The notes under the pieces: generated by a model
The model's database searches: none
What the model saw: only the letters and a program-made list of their open reading frames with translations
What the model was told of the DNA's origin: nothing
Program-made: the position numbers and the translations under genes
Shown: piece by piece, positions 57,280 to 64,000 of the stretch
Layout of the letters: the number at the start of each line of letters is the position of its first letter
How positions within the stretch are numbered: position 1 is the first letter of the stretch
Assembly (NCBI GenBank): GCA_949422915.1
Contig: CASPLF010000001.1
Location: 3,204-67,203, forward strand
Source of the DNA: an uncultured Mycoplasmatales bacterium
Lineage (GTDB): Bacteria; Bacillota_I; Bacilli_A; Mycoplasmatales; Mycoplasmoidaceae
Direction: 5' to 3'
Length of the DNA stretch: 64,000 nucleotides

Positions 57280-57969
57280 TTAATCTTTTTTTAATTCACT
57301 AAATGGAGTTTCAATTTGTTGAGATCTACCAAAGAATTCAACTTCAACAGAAGCTGTTCCTTTTTCAAGATCAATGTTTCTAATAGTACCAACAGTTCCT
57401 GCAAATGCCCCAACAGTAATTTGAACATTTTCGCCAATTTTTAAATCAGTTGTGTAAACTGGTTTTTCAACAACTGGTTCAACTGCTGCAACGTTTTCCA
57501 CTTCTGCTTTTGGTGCTTCTTCAGAAGCCACTTGTGCATTTGTGTTAACATTGTTAAATTCACTAATAGTAATTGGAATAGGCATTGCACCTTTACCGCT
57601 ACTACCTACGAATCCCATTACACCATTAGTGTTACGGATTGTATATCAAATATTTTTATCCATAATCATATTAATGAAAATATAACCTGGAAATTTATTT
57701 GCAATTTTAGTACGAATTTTTTTGTATTTACCATCTGGAGTAGTTTCTCATTTAGTAGTCTTAGTATTCTTCATTGATTTAGGCAATGAAGGATCATTTT
57801 TTGAAAAAATTTCTTCTTTTACAATGCTACGTTTAAAGATTTTAATTTCTTTAACGTGGTCTTCATATCCGAAGTTACGAATTTTTTCAATAAGAGTGTC
57901 CTTAATTGAGTCTTCTTTACCAGCAATAGCTGTGATGATAAATCATTGATACATTGAATTTTGATCCAT
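57280..57969 (-). CDS. nusG: transcription termination/antitermination factor NusG
   Basis: ATG at 57969 is in frame with track ORF 57280..57618. It has an NGN domain (WFIITAIAGKE, FPGYIF) and a KOW motif (GENVQITVGAFAG.VG). There is an insertion between the domains. Confidence 0.9.
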
Positions 57970-57978
57970 ATTTTACTC

Positions 57979-58245
57979 CTATACTAGTGCACTTATTTGA
58001 TCAAATGCTAAGAAAACTACTACAAACAATGCAGCGATAATAATTGTTATTAAAAAATCTTTAACAAGTTTAGATTTTGTAGGTCAAGTAATTCTTTTAA
58101 ATTCTTTACCTAAACCAAAGAATCATTTTTTCATAACATATGAAAATTTCTTCTTTGGATCTTTAGGCTTGTTTCTTTTTTCTGCTTTTTTTTGAGCTTT
58201 TTCAGCTTTTCTTTGTGCTATTAGCGTTTTCTTAGATTGATCCAT
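57979..58245 (-). CDS. secE: preprotein translocase subunit SecE
   Basis: 88 aa with a basic N-terminus, then KEFKRITWPTK and one TM helix. It sits between rpmG and nusG in the canonical order. Confidence 0.8.
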
Positions 58246-58266
58246 AATGACACATAAAACTAAGAA

Positions 58267-58425
58267 TTATCTAGATTCCTTGTGTAAAGTTGTTTTTTTA
58301 CACTTAGGACAATACTTTCTTAGCTCAAGTCTCTTTGCAGAGTCTTTGTTGACTAAGATGTGGTAATTACGAGAATTACATTCTTCACATACCAATATTG
58401 CTTTAACTTTCATATTCTTAGACAT
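58267..58425 (-). CDS. rpmG: 50S ribosomal protein L33
   Basis: MSKNMKVKAILVCEECNSRNYHILVNKDSAKRLELRKYCPKCKKTTLHKESR, with a CxxC...CxxC zinc ribbon. Confidence 0.9.
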   Translation of the reverse strand: MSKNMKVKAILVCEECNSRNYHILVNKDSAKRLELRKYCPKCKKTTLHKESR

Positions 58426-58427
58426 TT

Positions 58428-58450
58428 AAAAAAGGAGCTTTTGCTCCTCC
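58428..58450 (-). terminator. intrinsic terminator ending the four-gene cassette
   Basis: The minus strand reads GGAGGAGC-AAAA-GCTCC followed by TTTTTT, ending at the rpmG ATG. Confidence 0.55.
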
Positions 58451-58499
58451 CGTTAAATGTATTAGTATTATATACATTTATTTATATATGACACATTTT

Positions 58500-59090
58500 T
58501 TATAATTCTGAAATCAAACGATCTTTAGCCTTCTTAATAAATGTTCTAACATCATTGTAATATGTGTGTTTAGGGATATTTAATTTTTTAGTTATATGTT
58601 TGCTAGTTTTACCTTGTAATAACATATTAATAATTTTCACCGTTCTTTTCTTTTTATATTTCCTAAGAAATAAATAGAAGTCTTCATTTTCATTAATATC
58701 GTTGAAAAATGTTTCAGGTGTGTTGTAATCAATATAGTGATTTTCACAATCGCTTTTAATCTTTCCTATTGCTCTGCAATATCCATTATGTTTTTTCTGG
58801 ATTTTAACAAGTTCTGTTAATAACTGAAATTTGCAATTATTAAATAATAACCTTCTAAAAGAAATTTTGTGTTTTAACTTAGCGTATGTTTTTACTGTTT
58901 TATTTAATTGTGAATAAATTAAAGCATTAAGATCAATTAAATCTTTTATATTTTTATCACCCAATATTGCTTTGCAATATTTATGTAATTCAAGTTTGTA
59001 TTTTGCAAAAATAATATTTTTATAATTCATATCACTTTTGAACCTACTAACATTAATTGGGCGTTTAACATCTAGTTCATTCTTTAACAT
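58500..59090 (-). CDS. sigma-70 family (ECF-like) RNA polymerase sigma factor candidate
   Basis: 196 aa. The sigma-2-like segment is LHKYCKAILGDKNIKDLIDLNALIY...SFRRLLFNNCKFQLLTELVK. The C-terminal sigma-4 HTH is MLLQGKTSKHITKKLNIPKHTYYNDVRTFIKKAKDRL. Confidence 0.55.
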   Translation of the reverse strand: MLKNELDVKRPINVSRFKSDMNYKNIIFAKYKLELHKYCKAILGDKNIKDLIDLNALIYSQLNKTVKTYAKLKHKISFRRLLFNNCKFQLLTELVKIQKKHNGYCRAIGKIKSDCENHYIDYNTPETFFNDINENEDFYLFLRKYKKKRTVKIINMLLQGKTSKHITKKLNIPKHTYYNDVRTFIKKAKDRLISEL

Positions 59091-59091
59091 A

Positions 59092-59562
59092 TTATGTGTT
59101 GCTTAACGTAATTTTAAATTGATCATAATAATACTTTTGATATCCAGCACTTGGTATATACCAAACCAAATCAATTAAAACAGTGTCTTTGTTCGAATTA
59201 ATCCTATAAGATAATTCAAATTTATATTTATTAATTGAATATTTAAATTTTTCAATGTTTCCTACGATATTTTTAATAATTGTTTTTATTTCTTCTACAA
59301 ATTTTGTTTCATTAATTTCTTTTGAATATTTTTCTTGTTTTACATATATTGAAATGATTTTTTTAAGATCTTCATTTTTTGACAAATAATATGAAATCTT
59401 ATAGTGTTCATAATTATCTCCTCTGTTCATTGGTTTTCTTTGTTCTGGTTCGTCTGAATTATTTTTATTAGCTAGACTTAATCCGATCATTGCTGTGCTA
59501 CCAATTAATATTGTTGATAGTCCACCAGAAATTAAACCAATAGTCTTTTTTGATATTTTCAT
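59092..59562 (-). CDS. single-pass membrane-anchored hypothetical protein (156 aa)
   Basis: N-terminal anchor MKISKKTIGLISGGLSTILIGSTAMIGLSLA with no lipobox Cys. AGGAGG lies 10 nt upstream. The start overlaps the upstream stop (TAATG). Confidence 0.5.
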   Translation of the reverse strand: MKISKKTIGLISGGLSTILIGSTAMIGLSLANKNNSDEPEQRKPMNRGDNYEHYKISYYLSKNEDLKKIISIYVKQEKYSKEINETKFVEEIKTIIKNIVGNIEKFKYSINKYKFELSYRINSNKDTVLIDLVWYIPSAGYQKYYYDQFKITLSNT

Positions 59563-60605
59563 TAAAATACTACCTCCTTAAAATAATTGATATTGTCAAT
59601 AAAAACTTCCATTACTTGTAATTTTTTGTTTTTATAATCATCGTTGCCTTTAAAACTAAAATTGTTTATAAACTTTAGAGTTTTTATCACGTTTTTATAA
59701 AGAACTTTAATGGATATTTGATAATATCCGGTTGTTGCTAATGGACAATAAAACCCATTGACTCCATCGTTTTGATTTTCTACTTTTCCACTTGGTTCAC
59801 TAAAGTATGTACAAAAATCATACGTAAATTCTTTTGTTGAATCGCCATATTCTGGTGTTGTAACTTCATATGTTAATTCATTTTGTTCATGTCCATATAC
59901 TTGATATATAAAATGTACTTTTTTTGAAAGTATTGTGTAATTATCCTCAAATTGAATTATTAATAATTTTTTAATAGGTTCATCAATTTGATCAGTTTCA
60001 TTATTCATTGAATAATAAATAATTTGATCCTCGCTATAACTACCTAATATAGAATTCAAATAATATGAGTTTGATATGTTGAAGGTTGAGTCTTTGTTAT
60101 CTTTTTCTTCATAGTTTGAATATAAGAATTTTGTCTGTATTTTTTGTTGGTATATCTCGCTAATAAATTCGTTATATTCATATTGATCTAAACCAACATC
60201 AGCTCTGTCCAATATCGCATTATCTATATTTAAACTAAAGTTTAACAAGATTGAATAGTTAGTTAATGGATCTTGAAACAATTTAGAATCATTTGTATCG
60301 ATTTCAAAGGTACATGTATATTTGGTACAATAGTCTTTTTGGGTTACTCAATCAGGAGCTTTTTGCTCAGCTTCTGCATTTATTGAGATATCACTGATTT
60401 GAGTGAACTGTGTTGATAAATTTACATTAAATGTGTTTGTTGGTAAAAATAAGTTATTAATTAAATAAAAATTAATGTCAAAATATCATTTGTTTTCTAT
60501 GATCTTTAAGTTCCCATCAGAACCATCAATATATAACCACTTAAATTGATTAACGGGGTTTTCAACTAACCTTTTAACATAATATGTTGATGCAGCGGTA
60601 ATCAT
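59562..60605 (-). CDS. hypothetical protein (347 aa), no recognisable domain
   Basis: Track ORF 59562..60281 extends through TGAs to ATG 60605. That ATG is 1 nt after the upstream stop (TAGTATG). No signal peptide seen. Confidence 0.5.
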
Positions 60606-60606
60606 A

Positions 60607-60930
60607 CTATCTGTAATATTTAAAGAATTCAGATAATGCTATCTTTAACTTTGAATAAAAAGTTCCTCTTGAGCAATGATATTGATCATTACTTTTTTTA
60701 TCAAAAAAGCATTGAGTAATTATTTTTCTACTTTCATTTGATAATTCTGTTGAGATTGAATCAATCAAGTTGATATAAGACTGGTATTCTTTCATTCTTT
60801 GTTTTTCTCGCTTATTTAATTTGTCTGGAACAATTAGACTAAGCTTGAATTTGTAAATCTTATATAACAACGCAATTTCACTAATTTGCTTTTTGTCTTT
60901 TTTGAATTGAATTTTTGAATAATTTTCCAT
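60607..60930 (-). CDS. small sigma-region-4 / ArpU-like HTH protein (107 aa)
   Basis: ATG at 60930 has AGGAGG 7 nt upstream; the track's TTG at 60957 would include this SD. The C-terminus CSRGTFYSKLKIALSEFFKYY resembles the (S/T)xxTYYRxxKxAxxxL HTH found in sigma-4 and ArpU-type regulators. Confidence 0.45.
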   Translation of the reverse strand: MENYSKIQFKKDKKQISEIALLYKIYKFKLSLIVPDKLNKREKQRMKEYQSYINLIDSISTELSNESRKIITQCFFDKKSNDQYHCSRGTFYSKLKIALSEFFKYYR

Positions 60931-61020
60931 ATTTTCCTCCTTTAAGAAAATATACAAAAAATTTCAAAAAAATTTTATTACCAAAATTAAAATTTTTATA
61001 TAAAATTTTCCAAATTTAAT

Positions 61021-61058
61021 AAATCCAGATTTTTGTTATTTTAACAAAATCTGGATTT
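61021..61058. repeat. 13-bp perfect inverted repeat in the metK/cassette intergenic region
   Basis: AAATCCAGATTTT (61021-61033), a 12-nt spacer, then AAAATCTGGATTT (61046-61058). It lies about 90-130 nt upstream of the cassette's first ATG. Confidence 0.7.
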
Positions 61059-61082
61059 ATATGTGTATGTGTGTAAATAAAT

Positions 61083-61107
61083 AAAAAAATCCTCTATAAG
61101 AGGATTT
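61083..61107 (-). terminator. intrinsic terminator downstream of metK
   Basis: AATCCTC (61088-61094) pairs with GAGGATT (61100-61106). The minus strand follows with TTTTTTT. Confidence 0.65.
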
Positions 61108-61109
61108 AA

Positions 61110-62246
61110 TTACTCAATATTTTTCTTTAAAAGAATAACTTTGTCTAGTTTTTCTCAAGGCAAATTTAATTCATCTCTACCAAAATGTCCATAAACTGAT
61201 AGGTTAGAGTAAACGTTCTTCTTCATGTTAAGTTTTTGAATGATAGATTTTAAATCAAAATCAAAAGATTTTTTTATTGCATTTAAAATCTTTTCATCTG
61301 AATATTTTGCAGTTCCAAATGTTTCAATATAAATATCTGATGGATGTGGTAAACCAATATTAAAGCCTAATTGAACTTCACAACGTTCAGCTAATCCTGC
61401 GGCCACTACATTCTTTGCAATGTATCTAGCGAAATATGCGCCAGTTCTATCTACTTTTGTATAGTCTTTACCACTAAAAGCTCCACCACCATGTCTAGAT
61501 GCACCACCATATGTGTCCACAATAATTTTTCTACCAGTTAATCCTGTGTCTCCAAATGGACCACCAATGATAAAATCGCCTGCAGCATTTACTAGTTTTT
61601 TGAATCCTGTGCTAAAACCATATTTCTTTGCAACAGGAATCATTACTTTAGATTCAACAATCTTTCTAATGCTAGGAATATCTTTAGAAGTAGTGTGTTG
61701 AATTGACATTAACATACTGTCGATTGATTTTGGCTTGTTATTAACATAGTTAATACAAACTTGAGATTTCATATCATATTTAGCACCAGGAAGTTTTTTT
61801 GCATTAATTAACTTTTCGGTTTCCTTACATAAATCGTGAGCAATAGAAATCGGTAAAGGCATATAGTTTTTTGTTTCATTAGTTGCATAACCAAAAACAA
61901 TACCTTGATCTCCTGCACCAATTATTTGGTTTTGTAAGCTAACCAAATTATTAATATCTGTAGACTGTTTATTAATGTTAGATAAAATTGTAAAATCACA
62001 TTCATCATAACCTAAAGGTTTTAAAACACTTCAAGCAATTTGAACAACATCTGCATAACCTTTAGTAGTTATTTCACCACCGATAACAATTAAATGGTTG
62101 CTTGCAAAAACTTCACAAGCAACATGACTATTAGGATCTAATTTTAAACAACAATCTAAAATTGAATCAGCAATTTTATCACATATTTTATCTGGATGAC
62201 CAACACCTACTGATTCACTAGTAATTTTTCTAACAAAGCTTGACAT
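61110..62246 (-). CDS. metK: S-adenosylmethionine synthase
   Basis: Track ORFs 61155 and 62031 are in the same frame. Motifs are [14 protein letters not shown] and GGGAFSGKD. The C-terminus reads through TGA to TAA 61110-61112. Confidence 0.95.
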
Positions 62247-62256
62247 ATTTATTAAA

Positions 62257-63222
62257 TTATATACAGTCTACTGAAAGATTCGCATCGTTGATTAATAACA
62301 ATGCATATGCAGCGATCATTGTGGCATTATCACCACAATATTTAATATCAGGAATAATTAAGTTTTTAAATCTTTTAGATAGTAAATATCTAAGTCTTTT
62401 GTTTGCAGAGACCCCTCCACCTATTACAATGTTATTTACTTTGTATTTATCAGAGTAATACTCTAATTTTCTAATTAACTCTTCACAAATTCATTCTAAA
62501 GATGAAGAAGCAACCATTACTTTATCAATCTTTTGGTTCTTCATCTTTGTTGAATTAACATAATTTAACACATGAGTTTTTAATCCTGAAAAACTAAATT
62601 GTTGTTTTAGAGGTAAATGATTTATCATTTTTAAATTACATTTTGATTGGTCAAAACACTTATCAATACTAATACCTCCTGGGTATGATAGACCAATAGC
62701 GCGTCCTATTTTGTCTAATGTTTCACCAACTGCATCATCTGTAGTTCTGTTTAATATTTTAATTTCATTAACAGATTTAACTAGATAAATCGATGTGTGA
62801 CCACCAGAAACTACTAAAGATAAAAATGGGTATTTAATCTTTTGTTTTTTACCAATGCAAAATGAAAAAATATGCCCACACATGTGATCGACAGGAACTA
62901 ATTTTGCATTTGTTAAATAAGCAACAGATTTTGCAAAAGTTTTACCAACATGCAATGAACCTGGTAAACCAGGTTTAGCAGTGTATGCAACATGTGTAAT
63001 GTCTTTATAGTTTAGTTTAGTTCCTTTAAATACATCTACTAAACATTTAGCAATTGAGTCTTCATGACTTCGAGAAGCAATTTCAGGAACAATTCCTCCA
63101 AATTTAACATGCTCACCTAAAGAAGTCTTGGTTGATTCTTTAACCAATTTATTATTTTTTACTAAGGCAAGCGATGTATCATCGCATGAAGTTTCTATTG
63201 CAAGTAAACAAATGGGTTTCAT
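62257..63222 (-). CDS. tsaD: tRNA N6-adenosine threonylcarbamoyltransferase TsaD
   Basis: The N-terminus is [11 protein letters not shown], with HMCGH (HxxxH) and GGGVSAN. Track ORF 62491..63222 extends through TGA to TAA 62257-62259. Confidence 0.9.
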
Positions 63223-64000
63223 TATAGTTTACCTTTCATAATATTAAATGCTCAATGCATATTAGATTTAACTAACTCACTTGAAATATTTTCTTCAATA
63301 TAGTTAATATCAGAAACTTCTGATGAATCAATGTTATAGATATCTTGTAACAATTTTATTGTTTGAGGATCTTCTGTAACATCATCTTCAAAAAAACTGT
63401 TGTTTTTATCCATAACATAGTCACAGACTTTTCTTAATGGTGATGTATAGGCTACAAAAGAAAAATTATTCATTGAATCATATTTATATTCATCGCCATC
63501 TTTTTCTCTAATGTTTTCGCCATAACTTGTACCTGATAAACATATTTGATTAACAATGTCGTGCATTTTTTGAAATTTAATTGAATTAGATTGATCTTTT
63601 TTGTTTAAGACAACCATATCTAATGCAATTAATGTTTTGTCAAACTTACAAAAATGAAATTCATTTGGATCAGTAACGCCTTCTGTTCCACCACCTTCTG
63701 CGGCATACAAAAGATCTCCATTGTATGCAATAGCAGAACTCGCTCCTTGTGGGTAATGTTTAGCTAACGTAGAAATAATTTGACCAGAATCAGTATTAAA
63801 GTATGTGTAACCTTCTTTAAAGTGTTTGCCAAGATTTGAATAAATGTCCGTAAAATCTTCTACTGTTTCAACGCCTTCTGGTGGATTTACACCATCATAA
63901 CTTATAGAATTACAAATTCCATAAACACTACGTGCATCACTAACTACTGCAATTCTACGTTCGTCGCTTGGTGTAAATCTCTTATCTATTGGGTCATGAG
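63222..64000 (-). CDS. hypothetical protein, C-terminal part (gene continues past the right edge)
   Basis: The reverse frame is open from 64000 through TGAs and includes track ORF 63252..63710. TAA at 63222-63224 shares a base with the tsaD ATG. No motif recognised with confidence. Confidence 0.45.

Noticed and set aside
60931-60957. The TTG-initiated 116-aa version of the first cassette gene, as given in the ORF track.
   Set aside because: An AGGAGG lies inside that extension, 7 nt upstream of ATG 60930. That is the far more plausible initiation site.

Overview
This window is a very AT-rich Mollicutes (Mycoplasma/Mycoplasmopsis-like) chromosomal segment read with genetic code 4. Nearly every conserved gene appears in the six-frame track as several same-frame ORFs separated only by TGA (dnaE 4 pieces, thrS 5, rpsB 3, adhE, topA, valS and others). 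Reading TGA as Trp restores full-length proteins, so I merged fragments on that basis. All merged coordinates were hand-derived and include the stop codon.

The window is densely packed, about 70 CDS, often with TAATG-type start/stop overlaps, and is mostly housekeeping:
- thiI, dnaE, a 5'-3' exonuclease, rpmB, pgi
- a Ser/Thr kinase + PP2C + rlmN + gmk block
- ktrAB, rpe, trxA, topA, pyrG, lspA, tsaB, rimI, dnaK with a CIRCE operator
- hemW, miaA, trmL, thrS, ruvX, valS, truB
- rbfA-infB-nusA, ribF, adhE, rpsB, nusG-secE-rpmG, metK, tsaD

RNA features are 4 tRNA genes (Glu-CUC, Gln-CUG, Arg-UCU, His-GUG) and a TPP riboswitch in front of a ThiT-like transporter. I saw no rRNA, CRISPR array, IS element or prophage.

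The best candidates for something undescribed are:
1. A translationally coupled four-gene cassette (58500-60930, minus strand) wedged between rpmG-secE-nusG and metK. It encodes a small sigma-region-4-like HTH protein, two unrecognisable proteins (one membrane-anchored) and an ECF-like sigma factor.
2. An orphan C39-peptidase/ABC-membrane protein whose ATPase domain has lost every catalytic motif (40688-42514), with no cognate peptide gene nearby.
3. A 68-aa Lys-rich protein with a central Cys6 cluster, carrying strong expression signals (27980-28186).
4. A tandem pair of C34 tRNAs (Glu-CUC, Gln-CUG), the first showing a G19:C56 to A19:U56 covariation.
5. A TPP-riboswitch operon that couples thiT to a DUF402 phosphohydrolase and an unknown protein through long gene overlaps.

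All functional calls rest on motif and family recognition by eye; no database search was possible.
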